The notes beneath the pieces were generated by a model. It ran no database searches. It was not told where the DNA came from and saw only the letters and a list, made by a program, of their open reading frames with translations. 64,000 nucleotides of DNA from an uncultured bacterium (GTDB lineage: Bacteria > Hydrogenedentota > Hydrogenedentia > Hydrogenedentales > Hydrogenedentaceae), in NCBI GenBank assembly GCA_937124615.1, contig CAKZKR010000043.1, positions 1,615 through 65,614 of the forward strand, in the 5' to 3' direction. Position 1 is the first letter of the stretch; the number at the start of each line of letters is the position of its first letter. The position numbers were made by a program, and so were the translations under genes. Positions 40,278 to 50,244 of the stretch are shown piece by piece.

Positions 40278-41555
40278 ATGCTAACTCAAACACATCTTTT
40301 AACCTATTCCTATATAAAAACACTACTCATGGTAGCGATGATTTTTTACATCGCCGGGAAACAAAGTTATGCGGATGAAAGTTTAAAAGGGCAAACAATA
40401 CCTATAAAGAATTCACGAGGGGACTATACGGTTACTTGTTTTTATTTCCCCAATTATCATGTTGACCCGCGAAATGAAAAAGCGCACGGCAAAAACTGGA
40501 CAGAATGGGAACTGGTAAAAAATGCCAAACCCAGATTCCCCGGACACAAACAACCGAAGGTTCCCCTCTGGGGATATGTAGACGAAGCAGACCCGAAAGT
40601 GATGGAGATGAAAATAGATACCGCCAGCAAATATGGTATTGATGTGTTCCTTTTTGATTGGTACTGGTACAACGACGGCCCCTTCTTACAGCGTTGTCTG
40701 GAAGAAGGCTACTTAAAAGCCTCCAACCGACACAAAGTCCGCTTTGCTATCATGTGGGCAATCCATGACTGGCTCAATATCCATCCATGCCCGATTGAAA
40801 AGGCTCCTAATGCAGACCTGCTTTACCCCGGTGCCGTCACTCCCGAAACATTCGAACAAATGACCGACCATATTGTGCAAAACTACTTTTCTGACCCTGC
40901 CTACTGGACCATCCATGGCAAACCTTTCTTCTCTATCTATGAAATCCATACCTTCGTAGACGGTATCGGCGGATTAGAAGTGGCCAAAAAAGCATTCGAT
41001 AATTTCCAAGAAAAGGCCTTACGAAAAGGATTCCCGGGCGTCCATATAAATGTAGTAAACATAGAAAATCGCATACCCAAATGTGTCTGGGGGAAAATGA
41101 CCCCTGCGGAACTCATTCGTTACCTGGGCATAGATAGCGTCACCTCATACGTATGGGCTTTAGACACACCCTTAGACAAATTTCCCGAAACGCCCTATGC
41201 AGAGGTAGCCAACCGTTTTGACCAAATCTGGAAAGAACGCTCACAACAATTTGGCGTCCCTTACTTCCCCAATGTCTCTATGGGCTGGGACTCCTCACCT
41301 CGAACCAAACAAGACGACCCATTCGAAAATAAAGGATATCCCTTTACTCCAATCCTCTCCGGCAACACACCAGAACAATTCCAATCCGCATTAGAAAAAT
41401 GCAGAAACTTCTTGGATAACAATCCGATATGCAACAAAATCTTTACCATCAACTCCTGGAACGAATGGACCGAAGGCAGTTACCTCGAACCCGACACCGA
41501 GCACGCCTACGCTTATCTCCAAGCCATCAAAACCACCTTCGGCAGAGAGGAGTAG
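40278..41555 (+). CDS. WbsX / GH99-like domain protein, secreted
   Basis: YFPNYH, WTEWE, YGIDVF.FDWYW, GWDSSPR, INSWNEWTEGSYLEPD. Confidence 0.85.
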   Translation: MLTQTHLLTYSYIKTLLMVAMIFYIAGKQSYADESLKGQTIPIKNSRGDYTVTCFYFPNYHVDPRNEKAHGKNWTEWELVKNAKPRFPGHKQPKVPLWGYVDEADPKVMEMKIDTASKYGIDVFLFDWYWYNDGPFLQRCLEEGYLKASNRHKVRFAIMWAIHDWLNIHPCPIEKAPNADLLYPGAVTPETFEQMTDHIVQNYFSDPAYWTIHGKPFFSIYEIHTFVDGIGGLEVAKKAFDNFQEKALRKGFPGVHINVVNIENRIPKCVWGKMTPAELIRYLGIDSVTSYVWALDTPLDKFPETPYAEVANRFDQIWKERSQQFGVPYFPNVSMGWDSSPRTKQDDPFENKGYPFTPILSGNTPEQFQSALEKCRNFLDNNPICNKIFTINSWNEWTEGSYLEPDTEHAYAYLQAIKTTFGREE

Positions 41556-41578
41556 GATTTATTAATTAAAGGTTTTTT

Positions 41579-42244
41579 ATGAGAATTGATAAGGTTAAAC
41601 AATTAGAAGTGTGTGAGATTTTTTATAGTATACAGGGGGAGTCGACCTGGGCGGGGTGTCCGACGGTTTTTGTGCGTTTGTCGGGTTGTAATCTTGATTG
41701 TTCGTGGTGTGATACGAAGTATGCGTTTGAAAGAGGAACTATGTATTGTATAGAAGATATTTTAAAGATTGTTTCTCAATATAAGTGTAAAATAGCAGAA
41801 ATTACAGGGGGTGAGCCTTTACTTCAAGAACCTGTTCTGTTATTAATTAAAATTCTGATAGAAATGGGATATACAGTGCTTCTGGAAACGAATGGTGCGT
41901 GCTCTATTAAAAATGTCCCGCCGGGGGTAATAAAAATTATGGACATAAAATGTCCTTCCAGTGGGATGACTGATAGAATGCTGTGGGAAAATATAGATTA
42001 CTTAAATCCTTTTTTGGACGAAGTAAAGTTCGTTATTGCAGACCGAAATGATTATGAGTATGCAGTTGAAAAGGTTCATCAATATCAACTGGAAAAAAGG
42101 TGTAAAGCAGTATTATTTTCTCCTGTTAGTGGTCGTATATCATTAAAGGAACTTGCATACTGGATTTTGAATGATGGTTTGAGAATTAGAATGCAGGTGC
42201 AATTACATAAGATAATCTGGGATGAGAATATAAAAGGTTTTTAA
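41579..42244 (+). CDS. queE: 7-carboxy-7-deazaguanine synthase (radical SAM)
   Basis: EIFYSIQGE, FVRLSGCNLDCSWCDT, ITGGEPLLQ, LETNG, QVQLHK. Confidence 0.9.
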   Translation: MRIDKVKQLEVCEIFYSIQGESTWAGCPTVFVRLSGCNLDCSWCDTKYAFERGTMYCIEDILKIVSQYKCKIAEITGGEPLLQEPVLLLIKILIEMGYTVLLETNGACSIKNVPPGVIKIMDIKCPSSGMTDRMLWENIDYLNPFLDEVKFVIADRNDYEYAVEKVHQYQLEKRCKAVLFSPVSGRISLKELAYWILNDGLRIRMQVQLHKIIWDENIKGF

Positions 42245-42274
42245 TTTGTTCTAACAATAAGTCGGAGTAAAAAA

Positions 42275-45200
42275 ATGTTAAGGGAAAATATCATAAAAGC
42301 ATTATTAATTAATACCTTGTTCTGTTTGTATTTCAGCACAGCAACAGGTCAAGAAAATCCATCATCCTTACCTCCACCGTCTAAACTTCTTTGGGAAATA
42401 GGGACACCTGACAACAAATGCTTAGAGTTTGCATTGGCTCCTACGGACTACGCACAATACGAGGAAGATGCCTATTTTATGGTAGGGCATTCTAATCCCA
42501 AAGAAGATTGGTATTATATTCATCCCGGACCGAAGGATGAATGGGTTTTCTCAGTGCCTCATACTTTCACAGTTGTCTTTTTCTTGAAGTCCATAGATAC
42601 CACAGGGAACTCTCTGTTAAACCTACATCTGCTGGAATTTAATCAGAAATTTCCACCGGTTTTGAACGCATATATCAACGGAACAGGTTTCCCCGTTCGA
42701 TTACCCCCAGGGAAGGGAACAGATGCACTTTTAAATGTCTTTGATGGAACACTTTCTCCCTCAAAAAAGATTGAAATCCCTTTTTCTTCTTCACTCTTAC
42801 GGTTAGGGGAAAATGTAGTCCAATTTGCCATTTCAAGTGGTAGTTGGCTTATTTATGACTCAGTTCAGTTATTAACCCCGGAAGGCATACAATTGGCAGA
42901 GCCTCAAAAAACAGTATTGAGAATAGGGAAACCTCTGCCACTACCGTTGGTAACACAATTAGAAGAAAAGTTGCGTGAAGTTTATATCCCTGTTCGCTGC
43001 TATGGACAACCCTTCCAGGGACAGATTTCTGTATCGGATAATAAATCAAAGGAGATATCACTAAAAACCGGATGGAACTATTTATATTATGAAGTTAAAG
43101 AGGTAGAAAGGGATACTTTTGCCTCAATTGAGATAAAAAAAGAAGATAGAGTTATATCCACTCGGGATTTTGTAATTCCCCCTGCAAAACAGATGACAAT
43201 TTACCTCGTCCCGCATTCACATAATGACATTGGTTATACACACATTCAAACAGAGGTATTAGAAATACAGTACAAAAATATAGCCCGGGCTATAGATTTA
43301 ATTGAACAAACGAAAGATTACCCACCTGAAGCACAATTTTACTGGTCAGCAGAAGTCCTTTGGGCTATAAAAAGTTTTTGGGACAAGGCGGATTCTAAAA
43401 CTCGGGAGAGATTTAAAAAAGCTATAGTAGACGGTAAATTAGAACTGCCTGCCTTGTTTACGAACCAACTCACAGGCTTATGTAATGGAGAAGAATTGGT
43501 GCATCTTCTGGATGAAGCCCATCGTTTGACCAAAGAAACCGCGGCAACAATTGACACCGCACTAATTACTGATGTTCCCGGCTATACATGGGGGCTCATT
43601 CCTGTTTTAGCACAGGCAGGTGTGAAATATTTCTCCATCGGACCCAACTTATCTTGGCGAATTGGAAACATTCTTGAAGTCTGGGGAGACAAACCTTTCT
43701 ATTGGGCTTCTCCTTGTGGAAAACATAAAGTGCTGACATGGATCGGTTTGGCGGGCTATAGTTGGTTTATGAAGGGTTCCGACGCAATTGCTGAAGAAAC
43801 ACGAAATTATCTTATACAATTAGAAAAGCGGGGTTTTCCTTATGACATAAGCATAATACGGTATAGTATTATTGGTGATAACGGTCCACCAGATGAGAAA
43901 TTACCGGACTTTGTAAAGAATTGGAATGAAAAATATAAATCCCCTAAACTTTGTATAAGCACAGCCAGCAAATTCTTCAAGCATTTTGAAGAGAAATATA
44001 GTAACGATTTACCAACTTATTCGGGCGAAATTACTCCTTATTGGGAAGACGGTTCTGCCTCATCCGCACGAGAAACAGCATTAAATCGCCAAACAGTCCG
44101 AGAACTCATGCAATTAGAAACCCTATGGTCTATATGGTCCCCGGACACCTATCCCGAAGAAGAATTCCTGTCCGCTTGGGAAAATGCAATTCTCTACGAC
44201 GAACACACATGGGGGGCATATAATAGCACCACGGAGCCTGACATTCCCTTCGTCAAGGAACAATGGCAAATTAAACAGTCCTTTGCCTTAAACGCTGAAA
44301 AAACAAAAAATGAATTGTGGAATCGCTTTATTAACACTTTTCAGCCCGACTATAATTCGGTCTCCCAAATTATCGTATTGAACCCGACAAACGAAATACT
44401 AACTCAACCTGTGGTTATTCCCGCAGATTGGCCGAGAAAAGGAGACCGCGTATTAAAAGAAGGCAAACCAGTTCCATCTCAAGTCCTCAAATCCGGCAAT
44501 TTAATCTTCATTGCTAAAGAGATTCCCCCGTTAGGCTATGCAACATATACATTAGAAGAAGGCCATCCTGAAGAAATAAACAACCCTATAGCAGTTGAAA
44601 ATCATACTCTGCGAAATGAACATATTGAATTGGTCATTGCCCCTGAGACAGGAACAATAAAGTCTATCAAAAGACAATCCCAAGAATTTATCAAATCAGA
44701 CTCCAATTTCCGAACAAATGAATATCTTTACACAGAGGGCAGAAATCCCGAAAACACAAAACGAGCAGAAAATATGAAAGTGGAAGTCAAAGAAAATGGT
44801 CCCATTGTGGGCACATTACTCATTCACTCCACATCTGCTCCCGGGGCGAAAGAAGTTCGAAGTGAAATTTCTCTTTACAGCGGTTTAGAATTTGTAGAAA
44901 TAGTGAATTATATAGACAAAACAGAAATTCGCTCACCTGAAGCGGTCCATTATGCATTTGCGTTTGATATAGCCAATCCGAAGATTCGGTATCAAACCCC
45001 CTTTGCTATAGTCCATTTACCTGAACAACAATTACCCGGTTCATGTAAAAATTATATAACAGCCCAAAATTGGATAGACCTACACAATGAAGAAAAGGGT
45101 ATTACCCTTTTTACACCCGATACTCCTATGTTTGAAATAGGCAAAATTACGGTAGACCCCCTTGCGGTCGGTTGGAAAAAAGGCTTGATATTAGAACCGA

Positions 45201-45628
45201 TCATCCTATCCTATGTAATGAATAATTATTGGGAAACCAACTACAAAGCCTCGCAAGATGGACCTCATGTGTTTAAGTATTTTCTCCTTCCCTACATGAC
45301 ACAGAAAGGTAATAATCCGGAAATAGGAGATAAGCAGACAGTTAGCAAATTAATCGTACTTCCCTCTAATAAAACACCGAGAGCACCAAGTTTTCTTTTA
45401 GAAGTCACACCTAATTGGTGCCTTTATCATTTGAAATACAATTCGGCAAATAAGGAGTATATTATTCGATTATTTAATCCGACCTCGGAGTCCATCCAAG
45501 TAGCAATAAAATCCAAATTATCTTCTAAACCTGAAGTTATAACTTTAACATTACACTCTAAACCCAAATATGAACCATTTTCTGGAAACCTATCTCCCTT
45601 TGAAACTGTGACTTTAATTGTAAAATAA
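42275..45628 (+). CDS. secreted GH38 alpha-mannosidase-like protein with N-terminal accessory domain
   Basis: PHSHNDIGYT, TDVPGYTW, GDNGPP, YDEHTWG; signal peptide. Confidence 0.85.
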   Translation: MLRENIIKALLINTLFCLYFSTATGQENPSSLPPPSKLLWEIGTPDNKCLEFALAPTDYAQYEEDAYFMVGHSNPKEDWYYIHPGPKDEWVFSVPHTFTVVFFLKSIDTTGNSLLNLHLLEFNQKFPPVLNAYINGTGFPVRLPPGKGTDALLNVFDGTLSPSKKIEIPFSSSLLRLGENVVQFAISSGSWLIYDSVQLLTPEGIQLAEPQKTVLRIGKPLPLPLVTQLEEKLREVYIPVRCYGQPFQGQISVSDNKSKEISLKTGWNYLYYEVKEVERDTFASIEIKKEDRVISTRDFVIPPAKQMTIYLVPHSHNDIGYTHIQTEVLEIQYKNIARAIDLIEQTKDYPPEAQFYWSAEVLWAIKSFWDKADSKTRERFKKAIVDGKLELPALFTNQLTGLCNGEELVHLLDEAHRLTKETAATIDTALITDVPGYTWGLIPVLAQAGVKYFSIGPNLSWRIGNILEVWGDKPFYWASPCGKHKVLTWIGLAGYSWFMKGSDAIAEETRNYLIQLEKRGFPYDISIIRYSIIGDNGPPDEKLPDFVKNWNEKYKSPKLCISTASKFFKHFEEKYSNDLPTYSGEITPYWEDGSASSARETALNRQTVRELMQLETLWSIWSPDTYPEEEFLSAWENAILYDEHTWGAYNSTTEPDIPFVKEQWQIKQSFALNAEKTKNELWNRFINTFQPDYNSVSQIIVLNPTNEILTQPVVIPADWPRKGDRVLKEGKPVPSQVLKSGNLIFIAKEIPPLGYATYTLEEGHPEEINNPIAVENHTLRNEHIELVIAPETGTIKSIKRQSQEFIKSDSNFRTNEYLYTEGRNPENTKRAENMKVEVKENGPIVGTLLIHSTSAPGAKEVRSEISLYSGLEFVEIVNYIDKTEIRSPEAVHYAFAFDIANPKIRYQTPFAIVHLPEQQLPGSCKNYITAQNWIDLHNEEKGITLFTPDTPMFEIGKITVDPLAVGWKKGLILEPIILSYVMNNYWETNYKASQDGPHVFKYFLLPYMTQKGNNPEIGDKQTVSKLIVLPSNKTPRAPSFLLEVTPNWCLYHLKYNSANKEYIIRLFNPTSESIQVAIKSKLSSKPEVITLTLHSKPKYEPFSGNLSPFETVTLIVK

Positions 45629-45636
45629 AACGAGTA

Positions 45637-46752
45637 TTAGGATTTATTCCTCCATTGTTCGTAATCCTGGCAGAGTTGTTGAAAACGGTCAAGGATGGGC
45701 AAACTTTGCGTGCATTCCTCCTCGCAATGCCTACATTGAGTACAGCGTTCTACAATTTTTCGAATATCTTCAGTCCACCAATGCCATTTTAAGTGTTCCA
45801 TGGCTTTTTCCGGTCCGAAAAGAAGTCTATAATTGTAAGTATCCATTAACCGAACAATAGGAATTTCAGCGGGACACTCTTCACAATAACCGCATTGGGT
45901 ACAGAAGTCATGTTGAACCTCTGCGATGTGTTTCTGTAACGATTCGATTTCTTCCATTTCCATCTCCTCGAATCGATTTACACTATCCACAGCGGTTTCA
46001 ACATCCTTCACATTGCGGAAACCAACCAGGGCTACGGTAATCTCGGGCAAGGATAGATTGAAACGAATTGCAGAATCTAAAATATTTTGATCTCCTTCTT
46101 TCCTCAGGAAAGAAAATCGGTCAGGATATTGTGTAATGATGCCCCCTCCAAGTGAGTTCATTGTCACAACTCCCATCCCTCGATTATGGGCCTCTATAGC
46201 ACCGGGATACCTCAAAGGAAAGTTCAAAGCATTGAGGCCAATCAACATCCCTTCAAACAATCCCTCCCCCTGGTCTAACATCTCAGCAATTTTTTTATGC
46301 TCCAAATGAGTAGATACACAAATATGTTTTATCAAACCTTCTTCCTTTAATCTTAGAAAACCCTCCAAAACCCCTTTTTTCTTTCGATTAGGCAAGTCTT
46401 CCGAATGCACCAAGCACCAAACATAATAAAAGTCCAGATAATCCAGTCCTAATCTATCTAAACTTCGCATACATGCCTCCCGAATCTCTTTCGGATTATC
46501 TGCCATAGTTTTAGAACAGACATAGAAACTGTCGCGAGGCTTGTTCATTTGTTTAAAGGCATACCCGTAGATTATTTCACTTTGGTCATCGCAATACGAA
46601 GGAGCCGTATCAAAGAAGTTAATCCCTAACTCATACGCACGAATAAGCACTTCCGCCATTTTTTCTGTCTTATGCGGTTCTTCAAACCGCATACCGCCCA
46701 TTCCTAAACGGGATACTTTTAAGCCTGTTTTGCCAAACTCTTTGTATAGCAT
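45637..46752 (-). CDS. aldo/keto reductase with C-terminal Fe-S domain
   Basis: GKTGLKVSRLGMGGMR, FDTAPSY; CTQCGYCEECP and CTQCRHCEEECT. Confidence 0.9.
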   Translation of the reverse strand: MLYKEFGKTGLKVSRLGMGGMRFEEPHKTEKMAEVLIRAYELGINFFDTAPSYCDDQSEIIYGYAFKQMNKPRDSFYVCSKTMADNPKEIREACMRSLDRLGLDYLDFYYVWCLVHSEDLPNRKKKGVLEGFLRLKEEGLIKHICVSTHLEHKKIAEMLDQGEGLFEGMLIGLNALNFPLRYPGAIEAHNRGMGVVTMNSLGGGIITQYPDRFSFLRKEGDQNILDSAIRFNLSLPEITVALVGFRNVKDVETAVDSVNRFEEMEMEEIESLQKHIAEVQHDFCTQCGYCEECPAEIPIVRLMDTYNYRLLFGPEKAMEHLKWHWWTEDIRKIVERCTQCRHCEEECTQSLPILDRFQQLCQDYEQWRNKS

Positions 46753-46880
46753 AAAACCACTCCTATCGTTTTAGCAGATGTGTTTTTTCAAGTATGAAAT
46801 AGAGATTGGATTTGCTTTATTCTATTTATTATTGCAAAGATATAATTAGAGAATACAATCCATGCAAAGGGAATAGTGAT

Positions 46881-47789
46881 ATGCTCTATTTTGTGAACAC
46901 AATATTATGTTGTTTTGTCCTCAGTAGTCCAGAATGTTTTGCAAAAGAGAAAGTTCCTGATAAAATCGGTGAATGGACAAAAGAAAAAAAGGTGTTGGAA
47001 TTTGTCCCTGATAATTTATTTGATTATATAAACGGTGACGCAGACCGATATTTGCCTTATAATTTTCAAAAATTAACCGTGCTTTTTTATCAGGATAATA
47101 CAAACGCTGATAATACGGTAGAAGTACAGATATACCAAATGGCTACGCATTTAGACGCCTTCGGCATATATTCCGTCCACAGAGACCGCAATAAAGATAT
47201 TTTTCCCTATGGTAAGGATGGTTTTATCGGTGAAAATCAAGCCATGTTCTACCAAGCACAATATTTTGTAAAACTTATGACAAGGCAAAGCCAGAACGCG
47301 AAGGCCAACCTCGAACTTTTCGGTAAGACAATATCCAAATTACTTCCAAAATTAGAAGATACAATCCCTGAGTTAACATGTTTAGACCAACCCAACAAAA
47401 TTTCTCGTTCTGAATGTTATTTAGCCAAAGATGTGCTTGCTCAATCCTTTTTACCCCGAGGGACCACAGTCCTTTATAAGATAGACAACAACACAGCAAC
47501 AGGCTTTATTGTAATGTTTAGAAATAACACTGAAACAGAAAAAGGATGGGTAAAATACAAAGAGTATTTAGAGGAAGTTAGTGCTGAATTCCAAATACAG
47601 GGAGAAAACACCCTGATTATTACTTCGCCTTCTTCAGAAACGGCTATTTTATCTCTTGTAAAAAACCGTTTAGTAGGTGTCTGGTTTCCCGGTGGTGATA
47701 TTTCTCAAATTCAGAAACTGCAAGAAGACATCAAATCATGTCTTTCTCAAAAAATAATTCAACCCGATTCGGACAAAGTTGGGAAATAA
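46881..47789 (+). CDS. secreted hypothetical protein (DUF6599-like)
   Basis: NLFDYINGDADRY, AFGIYS; signal peptide from ATG 46881. Confidence 0.7.
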   Translation: MLYFVNTILCCFVLSSPECFAKEKVPDKIGEWTKEKKVLEFVPDNLFDYINGDADRYLPYNFQKLTVLFYQDNTNADNTVEVQIYQMATHLDAFGIYSVHRDRNKDIFPYGKDGFIGENQAMFYQAQYFVKLMTRQSQNAKANLELFGKTISKLLPKLEDTIPELTCLDQPNKISRSECYLAKDVLAQSFLPRGTTVLYKIDNNTATGFIVMFRNNTETEKGWVKYKEYLEEVSAEFQIQGENTLIITSPSSETAILSLVKNRLVGVWFPGGDISQIQKLQEDIKSCLSQKIIQPDSDKVGK

Positions 47790-50235
47790 TCGCCTTGTGA
47801 AAAAGATTCCTCTTAAACTATGTAAATATTCTTTTTTTTATATCATTATTCCTTTACTTATATTAGCATGCATAGAAGTTTTCCTGAGATATAAGGGATG
47901 GGGAGAAGACCTGTTTCCATGGAAAGAACACATTATCGGAGATAAAAAAATCTATACGAAAAATTTAGCATTTTATCAACAATTCTTTGAACATCCCGTG
48001 AACCCAGGAGAATATGAACCTTACATTACTATGATTCAATTACCCAAACCCGAAAATACTATTCGCATTTTTGTATTCGGTGAATCCGCCGCGTTAGGCT
48101 GGCCAGATGCAAAGTATTCCATGGGGAAATTTTTAGAAACAATGTTAAACATGTTATACCCCGAGCACCACTGGGAAGTGTATAGCACATGTTTCGCCGG
48201 AATTAACTCTCATATTATACGGTATCTGGTTAAGAAGAGCCTCTTTCTACAGCCAGACCTGGTAATATTCTATATGGGGAATAACGAGGCACATGGAACT
48301 TTTGGCTTGTATCATTCCTTTCGACATTCCGTGCCGTTGCCTCCTTGGATAACACAAACTCACATCCAATTACAGAATTTCTATCTGATTCAAAATCTTA
48401 GAAACATCTCACTATCTATGATAAACAAATTTTCCCCATTGAGAAGAAATAGACCTATAAGATATGATGACCCAAAAGTAGAAGCCGTTATAAATAACTT
48501 TGAAAAAAATCTTGAATCAATCATTCACACACTACAAAAAAAGCACATTCGTATTTTGATTAGCACGGTAGGAGCAAATCTTCGTGATTGGCCACCTATA
48601 GAATCCTTTTTCCGTGAAGATATCACAAAACCGGAGTATGAAAATTGGAGTAAAAATTTTACAGAAGGGTTAGACGCACTTATAGAAAATAACCTACCAA
48701 AGGCAAAAGAATCATTCCAAAAATCTCTTCAGATTGATTCTTCACCCGCAATTCTACATTTCATTTTTGGGTGGACATTATTAGTCGAAGGAAAGGAACA
48801 GCAAGCTAGAGAGTATTTTATAAATGCCTGCGATAAGGACGGTTTCAGTTTTGTCCGCTCAAAATCATTTATAAATCAAACCATCACTAAAATAGCCAAA
48901 GAAAATCCACATCAAAACAGGTCTATTAGATTAGCCTCTGCAGTAGAGGCATTAAATAAACATGCCCAAAAAAATATATCTGGAGACGACATGTTCATTG
49001 ACTCTTGCCATCCTAATTTTTATGGCACCTACATCATCTCATGCACTTTTCTTGATAATATTATCCAGCATTTTTCGTTAGAACCTTTACCCATCCCCTC
49101 ATATGAAGAAGTAAAAATAAGAATGGGAATTATAGAAAATAAAGAGCAAGAATGTTCTTTCCTTGCCCGGCGAGAATTACCTTTGTCTTTGCTTTACTTT
49201 GGGGATGAAAGTCAAATTATTGATTTTCATGAAGTATTAAATGCATTAAAACAAAAGAATAATCTTTCCCTTTCTCATGTCATTAACCAAACTTCGATTC
49301 ATAACAAAAAAAGCATTGAAACGATTTTCTTTCTATTCAGCAGAAATCCGGATCATACAAACTTCGCCATCATTTGTTTGGAGATATTAAATAATTTAGG
49401 TTGTTTCCAACAAAGCCTAGAGATAGCGAAGGATTTATGTGACCGATTTCCAACTAATTTTAATTACTATAATCTTTTATTTGATTTTGCCTACAAAGCC
49501 CATAATAAAGAATTTGCAAAATTAGCATTAGAAAAAATAAAAAACTTTTATATCCTTGAAAGTTCCTACAAATATAACTTACTCAAATGGCTAATCCAAC
49601 AAAACGAAAATGAAAATATCTTGGAAATTTGCAATGAATTGCTAACAAAACCTTTTACATCTCCCTTTCATAAACCCTTGCCAAAGTGTATTTTAATAAA
49701 CAATAAAAAAGAACTATCCTTCCAGAAAAAGTTGGAAGAATGGAATGAAATTCTAAAGAATAATATTTGGTCCTATGACAGTTATCAATTCGTTTATAAT
49801 CAGGCAGATACTCCTGAAAAAAAGAAACTATTCAAACATACCTTGTTAGATATTATTAAAAAAGAGCCCAAATCCTCTGTTCCCTATACATTTCTTTCCA
49901 TTATTTATGAGGATGAAAATAATTTAGACCAAAGCATCGAAATGATTCAAAAGTGTATTTCATATTCACCAGGTAATTTATATCACTACTACGAATTAAC
50001 TCGTATATTGACCCTCAAAGCAGAACAAATCTCCAAAAAAGGAAATCAGGAACAAGCAAATGATTTCTTGGAGAAAGCCGTTGAGTTATTCCCTTATTAC
50101 GGTCCTGCCTGGCTTCAACTCATAAACACCTGTTATCTCATGGGCGATGAAAAAGGTGCATTAGAAAAGACTTTTGAATGGCAAGAAATTCAAAACAAAG
50201 AGATTATGAAATATATCCGGGAAATTATTTTTTGA
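47779..50235 (+). CDS. membrane-anchored SGNH-like/TPR protein
   Basis: RIFVFGES, YMGNNE, FIDSCHP motifs; C-terminal TPRs; start uncertain. Confidence 0.75.
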   Translation: MGNNRLVKKIPLKLCKYSFFYIIIPLLILACIEVFLRYKGWGEDLFPWKEHIIGDKKIYTKNLAFYQQFFEHPVNPGEYEPYITMIQLPKPENTIRIFVFGESAALGWPDAKYSMGKFLETMLNMLYPEHHWEVYSTCFAGINSHIIRYLVKKSLFLQPDLVIFYMGNNEAHGTFGLYHSFRHSVPLPPWITQTHIQLQNFYLIQNLRNISLSMINKFSPLRRNRPIRYDDPKVEAVINNFEKNLESIIHTLQKKHIRILISTVGANLRDWPPIESFFREDITKPEYENWSKNFTEGLDALIENNLPKAKESFQKSLQIDSSPAILHFIFGWTLLVEGKEQQAREYFINACDKDGFSFVRSKSFINQTITKIAKENPHQNRSIRLASAVEALNKHAQKNISGDDMFIDSCHPNFYGTYIISCTFLDNIIQHFSLEPLPIPSYEEVKIRMGIIENKEQECSFLARRELPLSLLYFGDESQIIDFHEVLNALKQKNNLSLSHVINQTSIHNKKSIETIFFLFSRNPDHTNFAIICLEILNNLGCFQQSLEIAKDLCDRFPTNFNYYNLLFDFAYKAHNKEFAKLALEKIKNFYILESSYKYNLLKWLIQQNENENILEICNELLTKPFTSPFHKPLPKCILINNKKELSFQKKLEEWNEILKNNIWSYDSYQFVYNQADTPEKKKLFKHTLLDIIKKEPKSSVPYTFLSIIYEDENNLDQSIEMIQKCISYSPGNLYHYYELTRILTLKAEQISKKGNQEQANDFLEKAVELFPYYGPAWLQLINTCYLMGDEKGALEKTFEWQEIQNKEIMKYIREIIF

Positions 50236-50244
50236 AGGATAACG

